Below are positions 1-15,200 of a stretch of DNA of 64,000 nucleotides, in pieces. This DNA comes from Paragordius varius (taxonomy: Eukaryota > Animalia > Nematomorpha). The notes beneath the pieces were generated by a model. That model had not been told where the DNA came from and made no database searches. It was given only the letters and a program-made list of their open reading frames with translations. The first letter of the stretch is position 1, and every line of letters starts with the position of its first letter. Location of the stretch: the NCBI GenBank assembly GCA_964247055.1, contig OZ176056.1:3286001-3350000 (forward strand). Direction: 5' to 3'. The position numbers and the translations under genes were made by a program.

Positions 1-92
1 TTTCTAGTGTAATTAATATGGATCTCTTTTAAATACAAAGATTTAAACAAATTTTATTTATAAAAACTTTCACATTTACAGAGAATAAATAC

Positions 93-1176
93 CTCCCGCC
101 ATATTCCTTATTCCATTATGATTGGAATTTTCATTGTGTGGCGTATTTTGATTACCATTTTTATGGTTTATTTGATTGAGGTTATTTGGATTGTTTCCGC
201 TTTCAAAATGATAATTGGCATTATTTAACGTATTTGTTCGTGGCATGGTACGTTCAATATCATGTAATAAATTCTGAATTTCACAAAAAAAATTATAAAT
301 TAAAGTAAAACATATTCGAAAAATGTCCCTAATCTAACAACTCATAAAAAAGGTGACTCATAAACTGAATTTTTATCAATAATTATATTTGATTAAAACA
401 TTCCTTTATGGGGTACCCTTAAATCTTAAAACATTAAAGTGGATTAATTAAATTCTTCAAAACCAATTAATTAAATGTTTTATACTTATAATCTTTCTTT
501 CAAACCAAAAATAAAAAAGTAAAAAAGGAATAATATAAAGCGTAAAATGAAAAATCCGAATCTTTTTTAGAAAACTGTGACATTCATAAAATTTGTAATA
601 TTGTCATTTTTAAATAAAATTTAATATTTTTAATTGATATTCAAAAACAATTTTTACATGTTGTTTAATATGGCTTTACAGTCATAAGTTAATCGAATAA
701 TCAATAAAACTCTCCACAAGTCTTATTTATTAATAATATTAATATATTCAAAATATGACCGATTCTATAGCAAAAATTAAAATCTTTAGTTGTGCTGTTG
801 GTTAAACTTTTTTTCTCATATCCTTTATATTTAAACATACAATATCCACTGTAATAAAAATTAAAAAAAGGATATATATTTGAATTACTTTATCTGCTAA
901 AATTAAAAATTATCGGTTCTCAACAGTAAAAAACCTTCATGATTTTCTTATTTTACCCTTTATAATTGGTCAATTTCTGTAAAAGTTATATAAAATAACC
1001 ATAAAAATCATACCTGAAATCGTTCAATATCAACGGTTAATTTATTAATTCTTTGGGCATTTTCATCCAATTGACTCGTTATTGTGTTGGGATCTCCCAT
1101 GCGCGGATTTTGTTCATATACTTCACGCATACGTAACATAGCATCTCTTAAACAAAGTATTATGATATAAACAAAT

Positions 1177-1214
<38 letters not shown>

Positions 1215-4200
1215 CATTTACAGTTCAAATCCACTCTTGTACAATTCAATACCCTCAAATATTTCAAGTTGGTTCTTGAACAGTTCAAGTTGGTCCTTAA
1301 AGGGGTCAAGTTGGTTCGTAAACAGTTCAAGTTGGTCCTTGAACACTTCAAGGTCCTTAAAATTTATAAATTTTGATTTAACTATAATTTTTGCATTTAT
1401 TATTTATTAACCTAATTGTCTTTATTTATTATAAATTTATTCATTCAAAAATATTGAAAAACCACTTTTTCAAACTATTTTTTTAATTGAACAAAATTAT
1501 TACTTTTTAAAAGTTTATAATGAAAAATTTAATTAATAACCCCAAAAACATATATATTTTTTCATTTTGTGTTGAAATCTTATAAATATCCAAAATCATT
1601 TTAAAAAATTAATAAAGATATACGGTTTCTCAGAGATTAAAAGTTGATTTTAAAATCTATGTTAAATAATAGGAAATAGGTTATAAACAATAAAATAGAT
1701 GAATTATTTAAGATTTGATTGATAAAAGTTAAAAACACAAAAGTCAAAGGACCAACTTGAACTGTTCGAGGCCAACTTTAAGTGTTCAAGGACACTCTTG
1801 AAGTGCAAATGGTATAACTACCATTTACTGACCCTAGAACAATTTGGAATCACCCTCGAACAATTTAAATTCACCCTTGAACGAGTCGAATTCACCTTAA
1901 AAATAAATTAAGTGTTTTCGAACTAATCTTTATGACATAGTTTATTATTTTTTTTTGTAATATGTTTTAATTTAAAACAAAATTTTATTTTTTGAAAAAT
2001 ATTTAAATATATAGGTAATTTTTAATCTTAAAAAACATGTATTTTTATATGAGGGTGAATTTGAATTGTTCGAGGTTCAATTTTGAATTGTTCAAGGGTG
2101 AATTTGAATTGTTTAAGGGTGACTTGAATTGTAAATGCTATATATATTAAGTAATTTTTATTAAAGGTTACAGTAAACAATAATACTGGTTATTCAAGGA
2201 AAGATCTAAAGGAGGGCTATTGTTTAACACATATAGCTTTGCGGGCCACATTAAATATTTTATTGGATTTTATACAACATATGACTCTAAAAAATACTAT
2301 TTATTTTTTCACCCTTTTTACTCAGATTTAGTAAAAATTCGGAAATCTCTAATGGGAAAATATGTTTAAGAAACCAATTTTCCTTAGATTTAGTAAAAAT
2401 TCGAAAAAAACCTTAATGGGAAAAATTTGTTTAAGAAACCAATTTTATTTAGCATTAATAAAAATTTTGTATTTTAAATTTCTCACACGTGCTGTAGATT
2501 TAGAGTAACGTGCAATATAATTAGCCTTAAAGATAATTTTATCATTTAAGGGATAGATGATGCATTTATAAAATTGGCTAAAAAGTAATTTTGGCATTAA
2601 ATATGTGGCTAATATTTACAGTAAATTGGACACAAAAAATATTTTTTGTGTCCAATTATTATCGAGAGATATTGTCACCTTTTTATTTATGCGAGATTGT
2701 ATTTGCAATAAAGAGCAGTAATATTATTAACTGAAAGCTACATTTTATATAAATTTTTAATTAATACTGATGATCATGTTTATAACTAAAGTTATTTTGC
2801 CTTTCGTTTTCTACCCATCAATATATATATATATATATATATAACTTAAAAACTTTTAAACTATTTGTATTCGTATATGTATAAAGATTTTTTTGCAAAA
2901 ATAAAATTAATTTAAATGGAATTTTAAAAATAATTTCAAAAATAAAACCTAGATGCCTTTTCCTGACCCAATTGAGTATTAAAGTGATCTATGCGCGCCA
3001 TAATTTTTTTCCGTCTTTGATTGGGTGGTAATTCACTAAAATCATCCTATATGGAGAAATATTCAAGAAAACTTTAAACACAAAATTAAATTTTTTAAAT
3101 CATTTTTTTTAATATATGATTATCTTGTTCATATCTTCCAATTAGAGTAAAAATTGATTTTATACGGACAAATTGTATTAATATAGAGACAAAATATTTT
3201 AAAAGACAACCATACTTTTTTAAACCCTAATATATCCTATAAAAAACATTTAACTACAATCGTAAAATACATAATTGATTGTGTTACCAATTTACATTTC
3301 TATATTGTACTTTGTAGTTTAAAACAATAAGTTATATTTAAAAAAATCAAGATTAAAAAAGTATGGTTATCTTTTTGAAAAAAATATTTATCTATATATT
3401 TTCACGTTTTGTCCGTATAATATCAATTTTTACTGCATATGTTAAATATAGCATATTTTTAATTATTTATAAAGTATAATTATTGATATAGATTGATGTA
3501 AAATAAATTCAAAGAGTTAATATTTTTTTTAATATAAATAAAACTCTATTTTTTGTATACATTGTAAAATAAACTTTGATATATGCCGTAAAGCAAATCA
3601 ATACTCCTAATTATAAAAAAATAACCAAAAATATAAAATTTCATAAAAATACATGGTTTTTTAAAGTTTAGTATGAAAAACAAAGCACTCTATAAAAAAC
3701 AATTTTTTCAATAATACTAAATCATTTTTCAAATTTCATTTTACATATACCATTTACAGTTCAAATCCTTAAACAATTCAAGTTCACCCTCGAAAAATAT
3801 AAATTCAAATTTACCGAACAATTCAAATTCACACTAAAACTAAATTATATGTATTTTCAGGCTAATATAACTCCTTATTAATATAAAATATAACTTTATG
3901 GCTTAGTTTATTGATTTTTTCTAAAAATATGTAAGAATATAGGTAATTATAAATCTAAAAAACACATAATTAATTTCAAGGGTGAAGTGTTCGAGGGTAA
4001 ATTTGAACTGTTTGAGGGTGAATATAAAAAAAGGGTACTACCTTAACACGACTAGAAGCACCCAAGGTGACATTACTCAAAAATTGTCGCAAAATATTTC
4101 GTTTTTTCCCGCCAATGACGACACCACCATTATTGTTTAATGAAGCTGGTATATTATTGCTAGAATTGTTTTGGGAATGCGAACTACCCCCATCTGCCTG

Positions 4201-7200
4201 ATCTGTTTGTCAAATATAATAAAAAAATGTGTTTAAAATTATATAATTAATAAGAGTGGCTTGGTTTTAATATTTAAATAATTTTGAAAAACATTCATCA
4301 ACATCAAAGCAAATGTGGCAAATATGAAAAAATTAGATTTTATTTAAACATTTATAAAAAATAATTCAAAATAGCTAAAATTATTTAAAAACAAATAATT
4401 TTTACAAGTTCAAAAATATAAAATATACTTAAGAAATAAATAAAAATTTAAATGGACCTACCCTTAAATGTAATTATATTTCTCCGAAGTGTGCAAGAAA
4501 CTTTAATTTGAATTTTATCCATATATTTCTTATGCAATGTGATAGTGTCTCTAACTAAGAGAAACTCGTTACTATTTTATGCTCAATATTTTCGAAACTG
4601 GTGAAACTACGAAAATAATATTATTTTGACTAGAAGATTGGTGTCTTACAGGGTAAACATGTAAACTTTTTATTATTATTGACAAACTTTTTGTCTTATT
4701 AGGCATTTTTTATGCATAAAATGGAATTTAATTTAACGTTTTTATGACAGATTGAGCTGTTGAAGTGTCACGGTTTTGTCTTCTGTTATCATTATTTTGG
4801 CCTTTGTTAAATTTATAGTTAGACTGTGGTTTGTAAGGCAGTTTTTCAATTTTTAAGTTTCTTTATTCATATTCGGAGTGGCTGAAATGACACACCATAA
4901 AGTAGTTGATATGGGGGTGGTAGGGAGGTGTCTTTCTTTAAAGATGTAGTCCAGTATGGCAATAAATAATAATGAGCTTAAGTTGGAACTCTAATGTAGG
5001 CCTGTTTTTATACCAAAGAACTGGGCGTACCCTACATTTATACTGACACAGCTCTTTATGCTTGTTTATAAATTCATAATTAACTGAATCGTAAACTCAG
5101 TAATATTATTGTATCTCAGGGCTTCCCTAATTAGAGACGAGATATAGAATCAAATGTTGTTTTAAATCCGTGGTATAAAATTACTCCTTTATTCAGTAAA
5201 ATGTTCCTGCATCCTGTATACAGAATAAAAATGGACTCAGAAACACTTTTGTCTTTTTGCAAAGCAAACTGGGATATGTATTAAATTGTTGGTAATCTAA
5301 ACATATCACTATCACATCGCATAAGAAATGGATGGCTAAAATTTAATCAATTAAATTTTATACTCACACATAAATCCATATCCCTCAAAATAAAGGTCAA
5401 ACTGTATAAGGTTGGGATTCGTCCAGCTTTAGCCTATGTATATCAAATGATACCGCTCACAAAAACAGCACAAATCCGACCCCAATACAAAACACAGAAA
5501 ATCGCATGCTATTGTAAAAAAATGCGTATCCAATACTACGGCCACATGATTCGAATAAATGAAGGAACTTGTGCCAAAGATATATTAGAGCAACGCTTCG
5601 ACGCCCCAAATCAACGGTGAAGCCCACACCTAACTTGGCTAAAACTTGTTAATCAAGATTTAGTCACATTACCCTTCATGAGAACGTTTAAGACAAATTC
5701 ATTATACCTTCCACAACCGGACGATATAAGTCAATGATGATGAGATTATCTCAGATATCAAAAAATTTTAAAAACCAAATTGAAAAATAATATAAATACA
5801 GTTATATTAATCTGTATATAGTCGAAATCCATTTTTTTCTTTCTTTAATGAATTAAAAAATGAAATTAAATAAAAACTAAAAAAGTACCCATTTGATTTA
5901 TGTGTGATTCATTTGAGTTGTGAGATGTGCGACCATTAGATGTGTTACAACCATTTGCCATTATATTCCTATTTTGATTGGCTGCTGTAGTATTTGTATT
6001 TAACAGTGATGATTTGGTTGACAATGTCGGGGTAAATACGCTATTTTTATCTATAAATTATTTAAATAAATGATTTTTAAATTCTTTTATAAATGTGTAC
6101 AATAATTTTTTAAATTTTTCGTTTGATGAAAAAAAAATGTGTTAAAAAAATGTTTTAATTTAAATTCATAAACATGGGGCAAGATTAATATATTACAAAA
6201 TGTAAATTTTACAGAAAATTGTCATATATAATTTTGAATTTATAAAAACTAAAAATTTATTTGGTTTTTATTTTAATGTAATATGAAAAAAGCGTAAAAC
6301 ACAAAACTATAAATATATATATATATATATCCAAATAAAAATAAAACTCCCATTAATATTTTTATAAATTTCAAAAAAGTTAAATATAAATTTTTAAATT
6401 TTATTTTTACCTGATATACCCAAAATAATTTTTGAAGCAATTTGCGTGGGGGGTAGACTAGGAATTGTGTTAGGATTATTATTTAATTTCGTTCCCATAT
6501 CTGATATGTTATTTGGATGTATGGGAACCTATAAATTATTTTTAAAAGCAAAAATTAAGTTAAAAATTAATATTTTTGGTTTAAATTTATAATTTTTTTA
6601 AATAAATTTACAAAGTTTAATTTTTTATAAAAAATATTTCTTTCAATATATTTTAAATATAACAATCTTTAATTTAAATTAATTAGCTCAAGATATTATG
6701 CAATAATCCAACTTTCAGATGTAATAAATATTAGTGCTTATTAAATAAATGGTAAAAATATAATTAATTAATTTGTTTTTTTAAGAAAATTTATTTCTTT
6801 CATATATTTAATTAAAAATATTTACACAATGGCCATTTTGTAGGGATAACTCTTGATTATTTAACTGTTGTTGAGGTGATGAGGTCGTATTAAAAGAATC
6901 TAAATTGGAAATAATATAAAAAAATTACGCATTACAAATATTATGTTAATTGTATATAAAATATAAATAATATATAAAAACTTTGTAATATATTTTATAT
7001 TAATTGGTAAAGTATCGGAATATTCTAGAACTATAAGGAATAAAACCCTATATAATACCTTTTTTGAGTTGTTTTAAATTAAACTTATCTACGATATAAA
7101 AATTATATTCGCCTTTGAATAAAATGCACTATTGAATCGCAATAATGTAGTATAATTCTAAAAATTGTTTTAAAAAAATGTAAGGTATCAATTTTACAGT

Positions 7201-9217
7201 TTATTAGACATTATTTTATAGATATTAATAAAATGGGTAATCTGTAAATTAGTTAATATTTTTATTTTAAGCTTATAAATTTTATTTTTACGTTTGACAG
7301 GATTCGCTTGTAGTAATCGAAAATTAACTATAATAAAGTCATTCAATTACATAGCTGAATTATGCTAATATTAAAAAAAATCAAATTAAAGCTAATTTTT
7401 ATTTAATGAAACCGGAATTTACACAAAATTTCGATGATAAAACAAAAACGAAAATCTATTTTACAAAAAAATATGTAGAATTAGAACCATTTAAAGATTT
7501 GTAAATACTTGATATCTAATCTTTATCACTATAATTACAGGATTCCAATTAATTATATAAATTAGTAAAATATTAAAAAGTTATTCTTTTTTAACCAGCT
7601 TAAACTAAAATAAAAAATTTAAGGGCCAAAATTAATTTTTATTAACCAATTACATTGCGTTAGTTGGGAAAGATCAATAAATTCCTCATCGTCAGGCACC
7701 ACGAATCCCGATTTGAATTTTTCAATCACTAATTTATTGTCCTAAAATTGTTGTAAAAGTCAAATTAAAAAACTGTGCAGATATTAAAATTGAAGTTAAA
7801 AAAAACTGCACATATAAAAAAAACTATATTTTTTGATATAAAAATTAAATTATTAATATCTAAGGTTGTTGACTGAATTAGAATGCAAATTAATGTAATC
7901 AAATATATAATCGAAAAATCGTTTGAACATATGCCGTAATATCAACAAACTTAATTAATATCATTGAATAAAGTTAATGTAAAAAACTTTATTTTTGAAT
8001 TTATATTTTTTTGGTTTTATATGTTTATGCGTAAAAATAAAGGGATATAAAGTAATGATCTAAAACTTTTATATCAATACATTTATTTCTAATAATTGTA
8101 TGATTATAAAATCCTGAAACCAAAAGCAGATAGTGGTTAAAAAATATCAAAAAAAACCAAACTCTAACAATTGGAAATAATGTAAAAACTGTTTTTATAT
8201 AAAATTAAAATTAATAATTTTAAATTTACATATTCTGGATCAATGGATTGAGACGCCATCTTCATATTGGTATAGCAGGTGTTTATGATGGGGATTACAC
8301 TGGTAGAGCATTGCACATACGTCCTTATAAATTGACCATATGTTTGAATTCGTTCAGATTCTAATTCTTGGAGGCGCTAAAATAAGATATTATAGTTAAA
8401 GATATTTCTAAAAAATTTATTCAAAATATAAAATTTTTCTAAATATTTATTTGATGAATTTTGAAAATGCTATTTTGTAAAAAAAACCCTATAATTTGAC
8501 CTAATGCAAAATAATAAAGTTAAACAAACTTAAAATGAATTTTATTTTTTTTAAAATATATAATTTATTAAAAAAGCATCATTATAAAAATGTTGGTTTC
8601 TAATTACATTGAGTAAAATATTTTATACCATTTTTAATATGAATAAATTCAAATGTAATGTTAAAATAAACTGCGAATTTTAAAATATGTGTAAACCTTA
8701 AATGTACATACGCGCAATATTTAGGAAGCAAGAGGATATAAAAATGTAAAAAATCCTGATAAAAAAGTATATAATTTATATTTTAATTTTAAACTAATAT
8801 TTTTTAAACATTTTTATACAAATGAGTTCTATATCTCTAATTTTTTATAAAAATTCCGATGTTTAATTTTGATAGGGCAAAATTTACAAAATTAATTAAC
8901 TATTATATTTAATAATTTCATACTAGCTAAATATTTTTTTAATAATACAAAATATTTGGATAAATACCACTAAAACAGCTGGTAAATGGGCATAAAAATG
9001 CGCCTTCTTTGTTTCATTAAATTCTTTTAAACGCGTGGCATAATTGGCTTTGGCATCATCCGATAATCTACTTTTGTAATGAGCTGTGCTACGTCTCTAG
9101 AAAAATTTAAAAAATTTAAAAATATTTTAAAAATTTATTAACAAAAAATATAAATATATTTATTTTTTTTAGTATAAATTACAGTTTTTAACTGTATTCT
9201 GGCTTATTTTATGACTG

Positions 9218-9248
<31 letters not shown>

Positions 9249-12200
9249 TAACTACTGTGGCATTTAAGGTCAAAGATATAAAAAAATAATAAGAAAAAAT
9301 ATAAAAAATTAAAAAACTGTAATATTTCTAGCAATAACTTTCAAGGTTCAGACCCCTTTAAAAAAATAATATATAGGATTTAAAATTTTATTTTTAGATA
9401 TTTTATTGCAAATAAAAAAATAAAATTCAAATCACCACAGTATAACAAAATGTAATTTACAAAGTTTATCAATATATTATATATATATATATATATTGCC
9501 AACATCCAATTTTATGTAAATATTTTATCGTACAAAAAAAAACCCATATTAATATCTTTAAATAAATTCCTAAATTGAATTTAAAAAATAAAATAAAAAA
9601 TGCACCTTTTCAATTTCAACTCGTGAAAGATTCATATCGGCGTCAGCACGTTCAAATTGGATTTGGGATTTAACGGCTTCTTTAAATTGTTTTTCATACA
9701 TTTTTTTGCTCTAAAAGTTTTTTTACAAAAATTATATTTAAAATATAAGATCACAAATAAAATTTATGAAGACAAAAAGATACCAAGAGTAAAAAAAACT
9801 TATTTTGCCCTAAAAAGTCATATTTTGAATTTATAAACTATTAAATTTATTTAATTGAGTGTGTTACCAATTGAGATCTATTATTTTAAACTAAAAGTTA
9901 TATTAAAATAAAAATCAGGGTATAAAAATTATATATCTTTAAATAAAATAGCTCTTTTGTTGTGTTTAAATTTAATTTTTACTAAAATTATATTTTATTC
10001 TAAAAATTATAAAATTAAAACATTACTTTATTAAGGGATTCTTCTTGTTCAAGTAATCGAAGGTTTAACTTACTCCCATCTACCAAGCACTATATGATAA
10101 AAATTTAAAATAATAAAAAATATGTGTAATATTATATTATATAAATATAAAATTTTTAATAATAGTTCTTTCAAATAATTTAAAAAACTATAAAATCTGA
10201 AAAAAGCTACCCTTTTTTATTTTTTTTTCAAATATTACTCTAACTTAACTGAACTAAGGCAAAAAATGCGGGTGTTCTGAGTTAAATCAAATTTTTAGCA
10301 AAAAAACATCCATAAATATTTATAAAAAGGTATATTTTTTGCGCTTGCAGTTACATTATTTTCTATAAGCATAACTTTTAGTAATTTAAAGATCTTTTAA
10401 AGGTAAAACGGATTTAAACAATCCTGAAAGTCAGAGTTTTGCAAAAACTTCAACAAAAATAAGCAAGATACTTTGTAATTTCACAAATTTTTTGCCCTAA
10501 ACCGTTTCAAAATACTGAAAACAAACAGTCCTTAAATATAATGCTAAAAAAATAAAAATCCTTTTACAATTATAATTTATTAGATAAAACAAAACATTCA
10601 AAAAATTTGTAAATTTTAACAAAACAAAAAATTCTTTCCAAAAATCAACCTTTTTCCTTTGTTCCTTTAGGTTTTTATCCATCTTCTCCAAACTATTTGT
10701 AAATTATTTAAAACATCTATAAGATTTTTAAACTTAACCTTAAAACTAAAAAAACAATAATTTTAACGAATTCTTTAAACATTAAAATTATACGAAAAAA
10801 TTTCACATTCCCTAAAAACGTATATTCTTTGTTCCATTATACGTAAAATAAAATTATCTAAAAACATCCGACTAGAAATCCGCTAAATATGTTAAAAAAC
10901 CAATTTTTCTGAAAAACCGATCTTTAGATCTTTCAAAAGGACCTACAAAAATACTCGAATTAATAAAAAAACCTTTTTTTCTATGCCTACAATATTATTT
11001 AATCCAAATTTTTTAAAAACAAACCTAGGAATCGGAAATAACCTAAAAAATGCTAATGTTTTCCCATTACAATTTATTGTAATAACAAACTTTTCAAAAA
11101 CTTAAAAAAACTAAAAATTTAATTTCCAAAAAATCAACCTTTTTCCTTTGTTCCTTTAAGTTTTAAACCACTAAACTATTTATAAATTATCTAAAAACTT
11201 TGATTAGAACCTTAAATACTAAAAATATTCAAAAGAAAACCAATCTTTTCTGGAAAACCTTTAAAACTTTTCAAAAACTTTTCATAATCTCAAAAAAACT
11301 AAAATTTTCTAAAATCAAACTTTTTCTTTGTTCATTTAGGTTTTTAACCCTATGTTTTCAAATTTCAAAACAACCCTCAAATAACTAAAAAATGTTAAAA
11401 ATGGTTTTTCCCATTACAATTTATTGGAATAAAAAACTTTTCAAAAACTTTAAAAAACTTAAAATTCAATTTACAAAAAAGGCAAACTTTTTCCTTTGTT
11501 CCTTTAAGTTTTTAACCACTTCGCCCAAATTGCTTGTTATATTATGTAAAACTAAAACCTTAAAATGCTAAAAATGTTAAAAAACCAATCTTTTCTGAAA
11601 AACTTAAAAACTTTTCAAAAGCTTTAAAAACTAAAAATTCAATTTCCAAAAAACAAACTTTTGTTCCTTTAAGTTATTAACCCTATGGATTCAAATCCCC
11701 AAAACAACCCTCAAATAAAACTAAAAAATGCTGAAAATGGTAAAAACTAAATCCTTTTCCCATTATAATTTATTTGAAAAAAAAAACTTTTAAAAAACTT
11801 TAAAAAAATAAAATTTCCAAAAATTAACCTTTTTTTGTTCCTTTAAATTTTTAACCACTACACCCTTTGATTAAAACCTTAAATGCTAAAAAAATCCAAA
11901 AGAAAACCAATCTTTTCTGGTAAACCTTTAAAACTTTTCAAAAACTTTAAAAAACTAAAAATTTGCAAAAATCAACCTTTTTCCTTTGTTCCTTGAGGTT
12001 TTTAACCACTTCACCCAAACTATTTGTAAATTATGTAGAACTTTAGTTAAAACCTTAAATGCTAGAAAATCTAAAAAAAACCAATCTTTTCTGGAAATAC
12101 AAAATTTATTGAAATGAAAAACTTTAAAAAACTAAAATTTCAATTTCCAAAAAATCAACCTTTTTCCTTTGTTCCTTTAAGTTTTTAACCCTATGTTTCC

Positions 12201-15200
12201 AAATTCCCAAAAGAAAACCTAGGAAATTGGAAATAACCTAAAAAATGCTAAAAGAGGTAAAAACAAATCCCTCCTTTTTCACAATTACAATTTATTAGAA
12301 TAAAAAACTTTTGGAAAACTTTAAAAAACTTTGCAAAAATCAAAGGTTATTAACCACTTCACCCTTTGATTAAAAAACCTTAAACGCTAAAAAATCTATA
12401 AGAAAACCAATCTTTTTTGGAAATACTTTTGAAAAAATTTTCAAAAACTTTCATTTTTAAAATTTTTAAAACTTTTCAAAACTTTAGAAAAAGATAAAAC
12501 TAAATTTCCAAAAATCCACCTTTTTCCTTTGTTCCTTTAAGTTTTTAACAACTTCGCCTAAATTGTTTGTAATATTGGCGGTAAGGGATTCGGCAATCAT
12601 TTCATGCTGTCCAGCTATGTCATTACTTTCGTTCAGGAGTGTTAGGAAGGCTTTGGCATAAGTAAATCTAAAAATTAAAAATTGAAAATTTAAAAAAAAA
12701 ATTAAAATTTTAAATTAAAAAATTTATAAAATAAAAATTAAAATTTTGAAATTTAAAATAATTATACTTTTTAAACCTTAATTAATTGAAATTCATCGTT
12801 CAAAATTGCAAAGTAAGGAATAGAAATGTAATTGGTAATACAATTAATACTATATATTTTTTACAATTTTAATTAGATAGTATATAAATAGTAAAAATTA
12901 AGTTTAACTGTATGGTTGTCAAAAAAATATTTACTTCAATATTTTTACGCCTGTAAAATTTCAATGTTTACTGTAAAAAAAATTAAAATTTTAAATTAAA
13001 AAAATTATATTTGAAAGATAATTTATATTTCATAATTATTTAGATAAATTTATTTTACTTATATTGTATTTTATTCTTCAAAATTTCGTTTTTAATTTAT
13101 TCATTGAAAAAATACTGTCATGTATATCGATAATTTTGGATATAGTTCATTCGAATAAATTTTGTTAGAATTAATCAAAGAATTATTTTTTCTTTCAAAA
13201 AGTTTTTTTTACTTAAACACAACCTTATTTTATATTGATTTTCCATATTATTTTAATATGATAAAAGTATGATAATTTAAATTAAAAATAATTTAAGAAA
13301 AAAAAGCTTAAATCTTGAATTTGTTTATGGCTACCTATAACATATATCAGATTTCAATTTAATAAAACTATTTAAACAAAACCATACACTCATGAATAAT
13401 TATAAAAGATGTACAAAGAAAATTAATTAAATTTACTGATAAAATTCATCATCTTTGCCCGATTTTTTGGGGAAATAGGATTTGGTAAGACGCCTAGAAT
13501 GTGAAAAAAAAATAAAAATTATTTTTATTAGAATTAAAAAAAATTTAATAATTTCTTATGTTAGGTAAAAATTTTATGTAAAATAAAAATAAATATAGTA
13601 AACCTAATATATTTTCAACACTTTAAACATTTTTGGAAATTCAAACATTCAGTAAAAAATAAAATTATACGGACGAAACGTAAAAACATAAAGACAGATT
13701 TTTTTCAAAATACTTTTAAACCCAATTTATCCTATTTAAAACATTTAATAACAATTTAAAATTTGTATTTGATTATATTACCAATAATCTCAATTCTATG
13801 CTTTGGATTTAAAACAATGTGTAATATTTAAAAAAAATCAAGATTAAAAAAGTATAGTTATATTTTAGGAAAATAGTCTTTATAATTTTACCTTTTGTCC
13901 GTATAATTTTAGTTATTACTATTATATTAAATTCCTTAATATCAAAATTAAATTATATTTCGTAGGGCAATATATAAAATTTAAACATTGTATATCCATG
14001 ATTAATCAAACAAATATTTAAGATAATATATTAAATTGAGCAAAAGCCACAGTTTCAAACAAAAAAAAGTATTATTTTAAAAAAAAAAATAAATATACCA
14101 TTTACAGTTCAAATCACCCTCGAACAATTCAAATTCACCCTCAAACAGTTCAAATTCACCCTTGAACAATTCAAATTCACCCTAAAAATAAATTATATGT
14201 TTTCGGGCTAATATAACTCTTTATTACTAAGAAATATATTTTTATGGCATATTTTTTTATAGTATTATTTTAATTTAAAACAAATTATTTTTTAAAAACA
14301 TAAAATATAAGCAATCTTTATATTTTATTTGAGGGTGAATTTGAATTGTTCAAGGGTGAATTTGAATTGTTCAAGGGTGAATTTGAATTGTAAATGGTAT
14401 ATATTAGCCCAATGATCAACTATGACTTCACGGGTCACATTTTTGACATTTAAAAATTTCAAAAAAACCGGCGAGCTGCATTAAAAAAATATATGGGTAT
14501 TCTCACTATAATTTTATCAGAAATTTCAGGCATAAAACTGTGAAAAATAGGGATACAATAAAACTAAAATTTATTTACAACAATTTATATCACCTTTAAA
14601 GTATTTAGTACTTTTATTTATATAATATCAATTGTAACAACATTTTAAGAGAATATATTACAAATTATGGAATTTCTTATTATTTATTTATTTATTAAAT
14701 TCAACTCAAAAGTTAAAATATCAAATGTAATTTCCTTAGAAATATATGATTTAAGTAAAACCATATTATATATATATATATTAAATAACTCTTGGCAAAT
14801 TGTAAAAAGAAATCTGTAGATCCATTTTAAGGCGAAAAAAAAATCATTCAATAATTAATCGATCGATATGGAAAAACTCAGAAAGCTTTTTATATTCTAA
14901 TAGTAATTATATATGCAACTCATATATAAACACCCATATTTCTCCTTTGAAAAACTAATAAAACTATCAAATATCTATCAAATCTCAGAATTTTTTTACA
15001 CTGTATTGAATATTCAATATTCAATAAATGGAAAAAATTATATTGAAAAAAAAACTTTTTAATCCCATTTAACACCTAATAATAGCATATAAAGTAACAG
15101 AAAGAAAAATGATATATTTATATAGATTTTTACAGATTTTTATGGATTTTTTTTAAGAACAAAGGAATTATATTTAATTGTTTAGGAGGAAACAGATTCT

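Noticed and set aside
10497-11388. ORFs 10497-10691 and 11200-11388
   Set aside because: They are translations of the intronic tandem array; no acceptor or start context supports them as exons.
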